Shown piece after piece: positions 1 through 13,440 of a stretch of 64,000 nt of DNA. This stretch comes from Takakia lepidozioides. Its lineage: Eukaryota; Plantae; Bryophyta. Position 1 is the stretch's first letter. Each line of letters opens with the position of its first letter. The DNA lies in the NCBI GenBank assembly GCA_030704615.1, contig CM060731.1, positions 94,364,001 to 94,428,000 of the forward strand, in the 5' to 3' direction. The translations under genes and the position numbers were made by a program. The notes under the pieces were generated by a model. That model was not told the origin of the DNA and searched no databases. It saw nothing but the letters and a program-made list of their open reading frames with translations.

Positions 1-2147
1 GTTTTATGTACACTTGAAGGTCTTTTGCCTTCTCCATCCGCTTTAGGTTTTCTGCACCAACTGTTTTACGACGAAATATTAACCCCCAACGGATTTTGGG
101 TTATTGATCCTTATTCAACACTTCGTCTGCCATATTTTCTCTCACAATTGGACGTAAATTGGAGAAAGATGTGCGCTGTGCCCGAAATGGAGGAATATCG
201 GATTGAGGTACCAATCGATAACCCTCATTGGTAAAAGCATCAACTTCAAGTTGAGTGAGGTTGGTACCAATTGCCACTGGCCACACAAATGGAGGTTGTG
301 GCCTATCCAAGCATCATGGTGATACTCTTCAATGCACACAATGATTCATGTTGGTTCTACAGAACCAGAATGTTTTCATTTTTGCATGCAAGTCATTGAA
401 TCCTTTCATCCTTCCCGTGAAACATGGTGCAGGCACACTCCGTTCTCCAGCTTGTCGGATAAAGTTGGGACAACACATATGACTGTCAGAACGAATGGCT
501 GAGCATTTTCCCTTGAAAACCATTGGAGTTCTTGCAACATTGTGAGGAAGTCCACTTCCATCATTTGTAATGGGCTCTTCTTCTACCAAAATGTTGTCTT
601 CATCGCTGTCATGGATTTCCATAATCTCTGCTACTGAATCAGAAACAACATTATGTACTTTCTTACGTTTCATCGATGAACGGTTATTTATGACAGGACC
701 TATTTGCAGATTATAATCATGGCGCCATGAATGTTTTTCTTCCTCCTCAGCTATATTTGAAACATGAAGGGAACGTCTCACTTTCTTTGTGCGAAACTCT
801 CCTTCCAATCCACTCCTTTCACTATACATGGATGTCCCATCCACAAAAGACTTCATAGCCTCAGCAACTTTAACTGGGGAATTTGACCTTTCAACAGCCC
901 TTAGAAATTGTGTCAGTCTATCAGGCCCTTTTCCAATGTAATTGCTTTCCAAGAATTGGGCATATGTTGATTGCTGCAATACTGCCCGCACAATATCGGC
1001 GTGTGTTGCAGTCAACAGATCAGTTTTGTTTGACCCCGCTCTAGCTTGCCAATTGGCATGAATGCTTTCTGACATATTTGTGTTGGGCATGTATGCATCT
1101 TCCTCTAGTGATAGATTCTGCCAAATACAGGTACAACATAAGCTTGTACATCGTTATGTACAAACCACAAGCATACAAGAGATGTAGTTCGTTGAAGAAC
1201 CACAAACTGTAGCATTCAACATTAGAAACATATTATAATAGTAATCATATGAATATGTATCCACAAGTATGAAGATAATAGATGTGTAGTTCCTTGGAGA
1301 ACCACAACTGTGGCATCCAATCTTCTTACATTTATAACACATAAATATTTAGCTTGTAGAACGTTATGTACAGAACACAAGCATACAAGAGATGTAGTTC
1401 GATGGAGAACCACAGATCTAATTTAATATTTATGCATTGAAGAACCACAAATCTGTTCCGAACCACAACCTACACACAAACCATATGCTCTGAAACATTG
1501 AAAATGATACATTTGAAATGTATGGTTACATGTCGTGCATAGCGTCCTAGATGGTTGTAGCAATATTTCCACCATTGCAGCCAGCAATCCAGGTGACTGA
1601 AACTTCCCTTTTTCGCTACACCAGACGAAGTCCACCAATCTCGAATGCAATTGTACATTTCCTGGCCATCCTCCTCGGAGGTTGCATACATCCAAGCTTT
1701 GCATTTCTGTATGTGTTGCACTTGCATACAATATGTTTTTTGGTATGAATATCAAGACTCTGACTCCAATGAAAGGCACATTCTCTCTCTCTTCCTTCCA
1801 AAGGGCCAGTATTCCCTGGTTCTCCATACACCTGTCTTATTGCAGCCCAATTGGCCCCCGCTCCATCAGCCATAAAACCTTTGAAGTAAGGTCGTCGTCG
1901 CCCATTTTCTTCCATGACTCTGTTTATATTTTCCCACATTAACATTTGTGATGCTGTATCTTCGCCTTTCATTTCACACACTGCAATGGTTAGCAGTGAC
2001 AATAAGGCTCATAAACATGACATGCCATTGTACTCCATCCATTGATTCTCTTCACATGGTCAAACATCACCCAACAATTCTCTAACACTCCATTGATATT
2101 CATCATGTCCACAATCTCAACCCCACTGCCTACTCCATGGCTTGACA
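1..2147 (-). pseudogene. Mutator-like (MULE) transposase copy 1, 5'-truncated and running off the window start
   Basis: ORFs 1616..2002, 1470..1727, 329..1090 and 101..310 give CWVMFDHVKR..CHVY, FKGFMADGAGANW, ERECAFHWSQSL and TNMSESIHANW (MULE DDE-type core). Collinear with 32145-34940. Frameshifted, with a probable intron at about 1125-1530. Confidence 0.8.
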
Positions 2148-3060
2148 GCCAGCCTGGAGAGTCATATCTGCCATGTCACAACTGACTAGGTCTTTACGTC
2201 TGCAGAGTCAGGAAGTCGTAAATGGCTTCCACGACTGCATTTGCAGTCATAACACAGAGACGTAAAAGCCGCAATTTGTTGTAGTGTATTTGCAGAATTA
2301 GGGAATGCTTTACATTTGTAGCATGCACACAGTAGAGTGCTGAATGATAGAAATCCTGCAAATTATTGAGTGTAGCAACAACACTTAAGGGTTGCATGAC
2401 TGATACTGTCCATGCATTTTGATAGTTAGAATGAGAGGGCTCAGCTTTGGAAATCCGTTGCTTAAAGGCTGAATGCAGATGTGGTGCTTGGAAAAATGTA
2501 GATACAGTTAAGGGGTGTTTTGTATCCACTGCCTGACAAACTAATTGCTTCTGCAAGCATCAGAATGAAGAGGGTCTTTGTTTGGGAAGAAAAGGAAGAA
2601 TGAAGGGAGGGTCACTTGTGAGATAAAAGAAAAACCATGAGAGGCAGGAATTACCTATGTCTGTACATTGTGGTATATCCATGTTGTCTTCTCACATCAT
2701 AGTGCTATCATTCTGGAGGAAGTTCAGTATGTACAGCTTAAAGGGAATCACTTCATAGGCTGTGTATTCATCCTGATAGTGATCTGTTTGTAAGACTAAA
2801 ATCATCACACCAACCTTACTGGTGCATGCAAACCCTACTTAGATGTACCAAGTCATGAAAGGGAGAAACTTCCCAGTCCCATCCATGTCTTCTCTTCCGC
2901 TGCGGCGTGGATGAGGGCATCTGGTCTCTGATCATGAATGGTGTAGAGTCACTGATTAAGGGCTTGTGTCTTAGGCTAGCAAGCTTTACCTTTCACTAAG
3001 AACTAGATTAGAATTAGACAGAAGGGATTTATGCCCTTCTTTTTCACACTACAGGGGCAA

Positions 3061-4343
3061 TCCCGCCCTGGCCATCTATTTGTTTATTCCCTGCCAAAGA
3101 AGCATCTCCGATTGTGTGTCCTCCTCTTTCATCTCACAAATAGCACTTGTCATTAGCATCTTGCAGTGTGTGTCGTAGACATGTGCACCCATTGTCACCC
3201 ACTGGTGATTTGTAATTCGCTTGATATGGTCGAACATGACCCAACTGTTTGACAAGTCCCCACTCGTTATCCGGTGGACCAGTTCTACGCCGCTGCCAGG
3301 CCCACACGTGGACATTTTGAATACAAAACAACGATCTGCCTCAGTCCCTTGTCCTGGAAACCTACTTCCATGAATGTAGTCATATCCACATCGTCGCTTC
3401 ACCTCCAGAATGGAGTGCATATCCAAGCCTCGCCCAATTCTCTGTTTGCAGGAGACAATGTGGTTTCGGACATTCGGTGAACAGACATAGGACACTGACT
3501 CTAGCAATGCCTCCATCTCCTTCTCATCGAGAGGAACTCTGTCAGAGCCATCTTCAGACATAATTTTGGCCAATGCCATCTTATGGGCGGCCTGCAGCTG
3601 TATCTGTTTGGGTTTGGCACCAGGTCTCAACTTAACCTCCTCTTGAATGAGCTGCTCTGCCTCGTGGGCAGCCTCCCGCGAGTTCCCCCTCACCAATTTG
3701 TGACAATGCACACCAACGTGTATCCAAGCTTGAGTGAGGTCAGGGAAACGGTGCAACACATAGAACTGCTTGGCATTACAAACAGACATGCAATGTGGTG
3801 GTTTTTTGCAATGTGCACACTTAAATGTGGAGTTTGGAACCTTTTCTTGAGCTCAAAATGGTTGATGAGCTGTGCTTGTCCAATCCGTCTCATTCCTGTG
3901 ACCTCTGGATTTAAAGTGGAAGCAAGTTGGGGAGAAACACCACAATGCGCCCGCACACACAACGTAGCGCACCCGCACACCATCGAGCATCTTCATGCTG
4001 GTGGTTTTGGTGACGCACCAAGGATGACCGTCATGTTTCCTATCCATATCAGTCAACATTCCGGACGCCCTCGAATAGTCCGTTCGAGTAGGGAACTCAA
4101 AGAAGATATTGCCGTCGACGTCTGCGGGAAGACATGTCACGGATTTAATTGCAAACTTGCTATAGTCTAGCCCAGCCAGCTCCGAGCGGTGTCCCTCCAT
4201 GTGAAGCCCTCGCAGAATATCAAGAATGGATCGAGTTGCTGAGCTCGTGCTGGGAATATGACTCCCTCGTACGCTGATGTCCATTGAGGACTTGTCTAAT
4301 CTCTAGGATGATCTTGGAACTTCCATAACCTCGTCTGAGTCGG
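3061..4343 (-). pseudogene. MULE-like transposase copy 2: GCM-like N-terminal region and start of DDE domain, interrupted upstream by an LTR element
   Basis: 3853..4284 reads DGHPWCVTKTT..CAGALWC...C. 3076..3789 reads IHVGVHCH..WVMFDHIKR..HVYD and closely resembles 58306..59013. Confidence 0.8.
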
Positions 4344-5072
4344 TGTCGCGGCCCTTTGCCTTGAGGGCAGGGGGTCGGGACACATGAGGGGCTGCCCCTG
4401 TGGTGGGGGCAGCGGCACCGATAGGTATGGGGGGGCTGAAGCACCCTTGAGTGCCCAAGGCACTCAAGGAGGCGGAGGCGCTCACTAGGTGGAGCCCCGC
4501 ACACCGGGTTGCGGTGGGGGTGGCTCCACAAGGGGTGGTGGTAGCTTAGCGGGACTTAGTGGGGGTGGCATAGGACTCACCATGGGGGCGGAAACCTCGT
4601 GGTGGGAGTCGTGGGGAGTCTTGGGACTCATCACGGTCCAGAGGGGCCGTGGTGAGTGGGCCAAGACTCACCGCGACTCATCACCGGGAGTCGAGGGTTT
4701 TCGTGGTGGTTCGCCATAAAATGGCATGGTTGGTTGTGAAACCCCCGCGGACAGTTACAGAAGTATATATAAAGGGGAGTAGTGACCCTGAGAACGGTGC
4801 AAGCCCGTTGGTGACCAAAAACTAGTGAGTAAGCGAGCGAGCCGGAAAGCGACCAAAGAGTGGGGAGCTGTTTCGGACTGCCATCTACCAAAGGGAATTC
4901 TCCTAGTCCCAAATAGGTGGAGGGTTTAGTGGGAAGCGAAGGGGACCATTATGTCCCGGTGAGCAGCCGAAGCTCCAAGTTGGCCCGGGCGGCCAGGTTG
5001 GGAGTCAGGCGCGCGCATCAAAGCGAGTAACTATGACTTGAAGGGGAGCTTACCGAAGTGAGGTGCGCGACA
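4344..5072 (+). repeat. 5' LTR (729 bp)
   Basis: Near-identical to 9486-10133; TG..CA termini; TATATATAAAG at about 4764. Confidence 0.95.
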
Positions 5073-5074
5073 CT

Positions 5075-5086
5075 TGGTATCAGAGC
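5075..5086 (+). promoter_or_regulatory. Primer-binding site (tRNA-iMet)
   Basis: TGGTATCAGAGC, 2 nt after the LTR end. Confidence 0.95.
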
Positions 5087-5127
5087 TTAGAGTTCAGTAC
5101 GCGATCGTCCTTGGGATTGGCCTCATC

Positions 5128-8100
5128 ATGGGGTCGGGCAAGCCAAAGCGAAAGCGGAACGGCCCAAAAGATGATGATCCTGGTGAGCCCGATGGGGGCG
5201 ACGTGTCACCGAAGCGGCCGTTTGAGGAAGCGACGCAGGTTTCTGAAAGCGAGGCCGCTCAAGAGCGGGAGGAATCCGAGGAGTCGGAGCCCGAGGAATC
5301 CGTGAGAGCTCCGACCGACCAACAGATGCCTCCCATGCCGGCAACCTTTTTGGAAGGGTTGTTGGCGCAGTTTGGCGGGACGTTGAAAGACGTGTTGAAG
5401 GCGGCTAATGCCACTTCCACTAAGGCAAAGTTTAAGGTGAAGCCTAAGGAACCCGGCACCTTCAAGGGCGTCCAAAATCGGAAGGCACTCAACACCTAGC
5501 TTCTGGAGCTAGAGCAGTACTTCCGGGCGGCCAAGTTGAGTGACGAGGATCGGGTGGAAGTGGCTCCCACCTATTTGAGGGGCTATGCTCAACAATGGTG
5601 GCAAAAACGCCTTCACGACCGAGGCCCAAGCCCGGAAACCTTGAACTGGAGTGGGTTCAAGGAATTGATGAAGAGACAGTTTGTGCCCCTCAACGCGTCC
5701 TGGCTTGCCCGGGACAAGATGAGGAATTTGAAGCAAACAGATGACATTCGGGGGTATGTCCAGGCTTTCAATGTGCTGTTGTTCGAAGTCGCGGACATGG
5801 CAGAACCAGAAATGGTCTTCAACTTTGTGGCGGGACTGGCCCCATGGGCCAGGCGGAAGTTGGAGGAGAAGCCACCCAAGACTTTGAACGAGGCAATTGA
5901 GAGGGCTGAATGTTTCTCGGATGTCCCTAGGGGTGAGAGACAAGGCCGTACGGAGCTGAACCACAAGAAGACCCGACGGGAAGGTGACTCTTTCCGACCG
6001 GAAAAGAAGTGGGATAGGCCACGCGGCGACAATGGCACGTGGAAATCGAAGGGAGGGCCTTCACACGTCAAGGCGGCACCCGATGCTTCGAAAGGAAAAG
6101 CGGGTGGAGCAACTTATGGCGGACAGAAGGCGACCTTTGATGGAGTGTGTTTCAATTGCGGGGAGCCCGGGCACATGGCCAAGAAGTGCACAAAACCTCG
6201 ACAATTGAACATGACTCGAGCAACCATGGAGCTGTTGGAAGATACCATCAGTCGCTTGGTGGAAGCGGTGGTCGCCAGGACTTGCAAGGTAGGCAACTAT
6301 TCTTGTGAGTTGTATCAGGAAACTGGCGCCCTGCGTAAAGGGAGTCAGTTATTGTTCGTGGATGGGATAATATCCGAAACTAATGTGTCGTTGTTGGTGG
6401 ACACAGGAGCGTCGCACTCCTTCATGACACCGGCGGCGGCGCGAAAGTTGGGACTTCCGACAAGTGACGTGGGGGCCTCTATTGAGGTGCGCTCTGCCAA
6501 AGGAGAACCTTAGTTGGCGACAGGGTTGGCGTTTGATGTTCCTCTTCAACTGGGGAGTTGGGAGGGACGTGAGAACTTCACCATCTGCGAGATCGATGGA
6601 GTGGATCTCATTTTGGGGATGACCTTTTTGAGCAAATCCGGAGCGGTCATAGATGGCCGCAAGAGAGTAGTCACGCTGCCATGTGGGAATGGTGGCGAGG
6701 TTTTACGAGTGTCGGAAACGCCCAAATCCGTGGGAGGGCGAATAAACCTTCTGTCAACAAAGGAGTGGGCCGTGGAGGAGGCACACGAGCCCCAGTTTTT
6801 GCTTTACATTAGAGAAGTGAAGGGAGAAGGCGATGGGGAGCCGAGCCCAAATTGGATCAAGGGGATCTTGGAGAAATACCAGGATGTGATGCCGGAGGAT
6901 TTACCAAGCGGCCTGCCACCGCGAAGAGGAGTTGACCACAAGATTGAGGTGATACCGGGATCGGAACCGCCTGCCAAGGCGCCCTACCGGTTGAGCCACA
7001 GAGAGTTGGTCGAGCTGAAGACTCAGCTCAAGGATCTAATGTCAAAAGGGTACATCCGGCCGAGTAAGTCACCTTACGGAGCCCCGGTGCTATTCGCAGA
7101 CAAGAAGGATGGGATGCTGCGGATGTGTGTCGATTACAGGGCTTTGAATAAGGTGACTATTAAAAACCGGTACCCTTTGCCAAGGATCGACGACCTTTTC
7201 GACCGGTTGGTAGGAGCGAAGTATTTCAGCCGGATCGACTTGCTCATATGAACCATACCTTGTCCTGCACGTGGTCTTCTCCTCATCTCCTTCCGCCACC
7301 CGAATTTGATGATAGCAGCCCGCTTGCGGGCCACGGCGGAGCCAAGCGCACTGCGGCACTCTTGAAGAAAGAGTATTTCTGGCCCAAATTGAGGGAGGAG
7401 GCAGAGGAGTATGTCAAGACATGCACCACATGCCAACAAAACCGGAGCGAGTACAAAAAGTAAGCGGGGCTGTTACAACCCTTGCCGATTCCAGAGGGGA
7501 CTTGGGAAAGCGTCTCGATGGATTTCATGACTGCTATGCCGCTGTCAAAAGGATTCGATGCAATCATGGTGGTGGTGGATAGGTTCAGTAAAATGGGCCA
7601 TTTCATCCCCACCAAGGAGACGACAACGGCGCAGGAGACAGGGCGACTTTACTTCGCCCACGTCTTAAAGCATCATGGAGTCCCGAAGGATATTGTCTCG
7701 GACCGCGATCCAAAGTTTACGAGTAAATTTTGGAGGGCACTTTGGAAGAAGATGGGGACGAGGCTGAAGATGAGCACCGCCTTCCGACCTACGACCGACG
7801 GCCAAACAGAAAGAGTGAATTCCGTAGTGAAGCAGATCTTGCGGAATTACGTGTCGGCAGACCAAACAGACTGGGTGGAACACTTAGACGCGGTAGAGTT
7901 CTGTTATAATAACACAGAACACTCCGCAACGGGAATTTCCCCTTTCATATTGGTCTATGGAAAAGCACCTCTGGTGCCGACAAGTTGGGCCGCCCAGGAC
8001 GTTGAGGAACCGGCAGTAGCGGCGGTACTAGAAGAACGCGAGCGTTTGTTGAAGCTCGCAAAGTACAACATTGCCAAAGCCAGGAAACGGTATGAAAGGC

Positions 8101-8586
8101 AGGGCGAATCGGAAGCGGAGGGAAGTGAAGTTTGAGGCAGGCACAGAGGTCTGGTTGAACATCAAGAATTTCCGACTACCTCCGGAAGTGAGTCCGAAGT
8201 TCGTACCTCCGTATGCGGGACCCTTTCGCATTCGGAAGGTTATGAATGAGGATGTGTATGAATTGGAGCTGCCGGCAAATAGCAAGGTGCACCCAGTATT
8301 CCATGTCTCCCTTTTGAAGCCTTACTTCAAAGATGAAGCGCGTCCGAATCGGCATCAAGTGTTGCGTCCGCCACCTATGTTGTTGGATCATGAGAATGAA
8401 CCTGAGTACGAGGTGGAGGCAATATTTAAGTCGAGGAGGTTTAGGAACCGAGAAACGGAGTATCTCGTCAAATGGAAGGGCTATCATTAGGTGGAGGCAT
8501 CTTGGGTGCGTGCCTCAGAAATGGGAAATGCATCCGAGGCGGTCGCAGCTTTCGAAGGGCGACCTCAAAAGCGGAAGAAGAGTTGA
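5128..8586 (+). pseudogene. gag-pol polyprotein (gag, CCHC, protease, partial RT, integrase, chromodomain), disrupted
   Basis: Motifs [79 protein letters not shown] and EYEVEAI..YLVKWKGY. Stops at 5497, 6511, 7461 and 8488; frameshift at about 8101; most of RT/RNase H is deleted. Confidence 0.93.
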
Positions 8587-9485
8587 TGGGGACATCAACC
8601 TTGGAGCGTGGGGGAGGAAATGCATGCTTAGCCCGGCTTAGCTAGCTTAGGAATCCGATTGCAAAAACTTGTATTGTACAAAACGTGCTATAAATGAAAT
8701 GGATTCCAAATATTGTGCGTCCTATTTTGTTTGGAATGGTGATGCATGGTATGGTTGGCTAGTGTGTAGAATGCATGCTAGCTTATAAAAGTGGGAAATT
8801 TGGTTAATCGTGTGTTTGTGTAGTGCCGAAATCGGGTGACCCCCATCCGAGGGGCAAGGAAACTTGCGCCTTCTTTGGGAGTTCACGTGCTAGTGCGCAC
8901 CTGGCGCGTGCGCGTACTATAACTGCGCTACCGAGGGGGTTGCCTTGTAGTGCGGGCTAACGCGGAAGCCACGTGCTTCCGTTTACGTACTATAATCGTG
9001 TAGCCTCGGGACGAAGTCGTAGTGCGGCTTCGGCGTGTTCCCGTACCTCAGGCCAGCATTCCAAGGCGGACCCAATTGTAGTGATTGGGGCGCACGGTTG
9101 GTTCAAGGTTATCTTCCTAGTCAAAGGGGGTTCCAGGTGAACCCTTGCTCAAGGTGATGCCAAAAGCGGCATCATGAGCGGTCGCAAGCAATGTTGTTGC
9201 AGTAAGGCGATTCGATCCTCAAGGAGGATCGTTCCTTGGCCTTGAAGTAGGCCAAGAAGAGTGCACTGGGAGGAGCTGGAGAGGCTCCACCCTTGGCCGG
9301 GACTTGGAGGAAGTCGGCCGAACTAGCTAGTGGAGAGTAGAGTCAAGTGTGGGGTTTGGTTCTTTGCCATGGGACGCCATGGTACGGAAACAAACTCCTT
9401 GATGTGGGACGCCACAACTTGGATGTTCGTTTCTACAAAATGAACAAGTCGATGAGGACATCGACTCCCTGTTGGTAGGGGTGTG

Positions 9486-10133
9486 TGTCGCGGCCTTTTG
9501 CCTTGAGGGCAGGGGGTCGGGACACATGAGGGGCTGCCCCTGTGGTGGGGGCAGCGGCACCGATAGGTATGGGGGGACTGAAGCACCCTTGAGTGCTCAA
9601 GGCACTCAAGGAGGCGGAGGCGCTCACTAGGTGGAGCCCCGCACACCGGGTTGCGGTGGGGGTGGCTCCACAAGGGGTGGTGGTAGCTTAGCGGGACTTA
9701 GTGGGGGTGGCATAGGACTCACCATGGGGGCGGAGACCTCGTGGTGGGAGTCGAGGGTTTTCGTGGTGGTTCGCCATAAAATGGCATGGCTGGTTGTGAA
9801 ACCCCCGCGGACAGCTACAGAAGTATATATAAAGGGGAGTAGTGACCCTGAGAACGGTGCAAGCCCGTTGGTGACCAAAAACTAGTGAGTAAGCGAGCGA
9901 GCCGGAAAGCGACCAAAGAGTGGGGAGCTGTTCCAGACTGCCATCTACCAAAGGGAATTCTCCTAGTCCCAAATAGGTGGAGGGTTTAGTGGGAAGCGAA
10001 GGGGGACCGTTATGTCCCGGTGAGCAGCCGAAGCTCCAAGTTGGCCCGGGCGGCCAGGTTGGGAGTCAGGCGCGCGCATCAAAGTGAGTAACTATGACTT
10101 GAAGGGGAGCTTACCGAAGTGAGGTGCGCGACA
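9486..10133 (+). repeat. 3' LTR (648 bp)
   Basis: Matches the 5' LTR apart from an 82-bp deletion and a few substitutions or small indels. Confidence 0.95.
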
Positions 10134-13100
10134 GTCGCACAGGTTGCTCGCTCATCTTCATTGATGGGGTCGGCTCTGGATTAACTTTGTTGCGGAGTTC
10201 TCTCTTTGAGGTACCCACTCTTTGATTCGCGGTTTGTTTTGTGGAAGGCGCCAGGATAGAAGGCGCATTTGGTGGGCAAATGAAGTCCCCAACAGCCCTG
10301 TATATGACGTTGTCCGATGGTGGAACTCGCCATTCCCTGCCGTCGCCGAAATCATCGTGGAGCACAACGATACTTTCGACTACAACTCCATTTGAATCCT
10401 TCCTTTCCTCCTCCAGGAGACCCCGGTTTCAGGTGGTATCGAACGAAGAGATATTTCTCCATCACCCAGCAGATCTCCCCTCTGCATGGAAATGTAGCTC
10501 TATGCTCGTGAGGAGGGCAGTACATTATAGCGCTCGAGTTTTCTGCCATGGGAGATGTGTACACAAGATTGCCAGGATGACGTTCGGGCAAGCGCCCTGG
10601 GAGAAGGGGGGATGCAGCGAGGGAAAGGAATGCAGGGCCGATCTTTCCGAGCGACGAAGCCTATTCACGAATCCGGGGAGCCCACTCTCCCAAAAATCCA
10701 CTGTCAGAGTGTTAATGAACCTTGTCTCCGGAATGCGGCCCCTGGCCTTTGCGCAATAACTGCCAACGGTATGCAGTCAGAAGGCTGCAGACCCGTGCAG
10801 GTGCGTTGCGCAAACCAATAATTGCGGCGTCTGACAAGAAGCGTGGGGGGACGAGCGTGCAAGCACCTTCCCCATGGACAGAGGGAATTGACAGAGGCGG
10901 CATTCCAGTGGGTCTGATTGCAAGATTGAGTGCCAGACCCTCGCAGCCAAAAGTCAACATTCAACAAAATGCAACATTGCACAAAAAGTGGAACTTTGGT
11001 TCAAATGAGACATTTTTATTAATAATGTACTGTGACAACTAAAATGTGTCGATAACTGTGCATGAGCGACATGGTGTCTGGTTGGAAGTATATTGCGTAT
11101 CTGTCTTGTGCGTCTATGGGGAGTTCCATGATAATATCGTTAATGGTGGTAGGGCCCGGGTTTGGCTGTATGTCTCCGCACCATAAGAGTATGAGGAGGT
11201 TAGAGCAAGTGTCTATGTAGGAACCATCGAAGGATGTTCCTAACTACATTTCTATTCGCACAAATTTCACAAAGTCTCGCTATAGGGATTGCAAGAGCAT
11301 AATTGTTTTGTGGGCTGAAACTTGAAATTCCCTAAAACTTCACAACCCCTATTGAATTTCTCAGGCGTATTCAAATGACATGGACTTCACATTAAACCTG
11401 CCTTATTATGTTGTCCACCTGTAACTAATTTTTTCAGAAAAGCGGAGGTTTTAGGGGTATCTCTTCTGTAGTGATCTACAAGGGGTTGTCTCAAGAGATT
11501 TTGGTGGCAGCCTTTTCATGTTAAGACAATGAAAGCACGTCTTACAATTCCAAGTCTTAGAGCAGACCTTCTGCCTCTTGAGAGGTGTAACTTTCCGGTC
11601 CTTCATGGTCTCTGCTGTGGAACTCTGGCTGCTCTTGATTCACTTTCAATATGTTCATAGGGGCCTGCACTGCTTGCAGTGTGTACTTGCCATATGGGCT
11701 TGGAGCCGTGTTTTTATTTCTGGCGAAATTTCGCACTTTCTCGACCTTAAAAAAATAAAAACGAATATTCTGTCGTAAATTCCCTATTCTCTCATGGATG
11801 AAATCGCCAAAATTCTCCAAAAAAAAAACTGAGGATGAATTTGCCAAATATGGATGATATATATGGATGAAAGTACATAGGAGGATGATTCCGTCCAAAT
11901 CTCAGTGGATGAACAGAAAATATGGCTATTTCCTGCAAAACTCAGTAGCCACTCCAAATTTGAAAAAACAAACACTGACTGTTGAAGGGGTTTATTTTTT
12001 CACCTTCAATACTTCCAATAAAGCTCTCAAAGGCTTCTTCTCTTTTGCCAAAAAAACCACGGCTTCCTGTCGAATTGGAAATGTTTTTCTAGAATATGTC
12101 TGAAATCCATGCATGGGAGAATGGGGCTGCCCCTTCTCAACCTCTAATTTCACAGCAGCCTTCTATTTGTGGGGGCTCATCCACCAAAAACCCCATTCGA
12201 GCCCTACATGCTAGATACGTTGTACCAGGGGAGCCAAGACATGCCAATTCGGGCAATGGACACATGCCGTTCCATGATAATCTGAGGGCTCAACAACCAG
12301 TTTAAATATTCAATGTACCTCTAGCACTTCTCAGTCAATTTGGCGTAGCCAAAAATCGAGTGTGCACATTCAGACTTATGGCTGCAGGGATGATAATAGT
12401 CCTAAGTGAGGTTATTGAGGAAGTTGTGGCTGCATCATTCTCAACCAACTCACTTCCACATAAGAAATCTGAAGACTTCATATACCTCTATTGATAAGTC
12501 AATAAATAAAAGGGTCACGAATCTTAGCAGGGGTTTATTTTGAAGGTCCAAAGCAGAGAGTGCAATGATGGGCTAGCAATGGGGTGAGACTAGGAGCTAT
12601 TTTTGCGGTAGCTAGTGAACAGGTGTTAAGAGGTGGAAGTGTCAAGGCTGCACAGGTGTGGGCATGGGTGGGTGGATGGATCAGCCTTCTTGAAAGCTCA
12701 ACCGCCGTCCTGAGAGGGTATATAAATGAGCTGAGGGCTATGCTCTCCATGGCCTCTCCCGCCTGCCACTTACTACTCTGGTTAGCTCTGCACGCAGGCC
12801 CCCACTAAAAAACGGAAGAATGTCACCTTCAACTGAGATCTAAGTATAACATGTGATGAGGATGGAAGCTTGCCCCCTACATCAGACCTAAGTGTTTTAC
12901 CTTAGGATTATAACTGACAACCCAATTCAACAATTGGTCTTTCATTGAAATCAAGAACCCAGCGCTTCCCAAGTGATGGGATTCTCATTTTCTGCTGACT
13001 GGGTTTGGGTCCTAAGTAGAGAATCCTAGTGTAAAGTACCCAAAGAAGAATCACCAAATTTCGACAAATGAGTTGTTGCCACTTTAATCTGGGCAGTCAA

Positions 13101-13440
13101 TTGGGCTGTAGAGTACAGCGGCCCTCGGTAAGGCCTGCAGATATCAGCAGATATCAACCCCTGAAAGGAAAGAAAATGGATCCAGGCTGTAATTACCTAA
13201 AATGCAGCTCTTCGTTGTACGTTATTAACCTTTAAGGCAGCTTTCTCTGCAGCTTTCTCGGCTGCTGTGCGGGAAAGGAGGGCAGGATGTGTCACTAAAT
13301 AACACAAGACGACAAAGGAAGTTCTGTGATGTTTCCCGTTGCCTAACAGGTTTGAAATGACTTCAGAGGGCAGAAAGCACGAAAACAAAAATTGTTGCAA
13401 AAAGGGGAGAACAGATAAACGTGCATGAGTTAGGAATTCA

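Larger units (their letters stand above)
4344..10133 (+). mobile_element. Ty3/gypsy chromovirus-type LTR retrotransposon, defective
   Basis: Two LTRs bounded by TGTCGCG...CGCGACA. Flanks GTCGG/GTCGC look like a 5-bp TSD with one mismatch. PBS present; order is gag-PR-RT-(deleted)-INT-chromodomain. Confidence 0.95.

Noticed and set aside
6511-6513. Programmed stop-codon readthrough in gag-pol
   Set aside because: The TAG lies within the protease region and the sister copy has Gln there (GEPQLAT). It is one of several decay mutations.
11040-13400. Possible decayed TE or gene
   Set aside because: I could not identify any motif with confidence.
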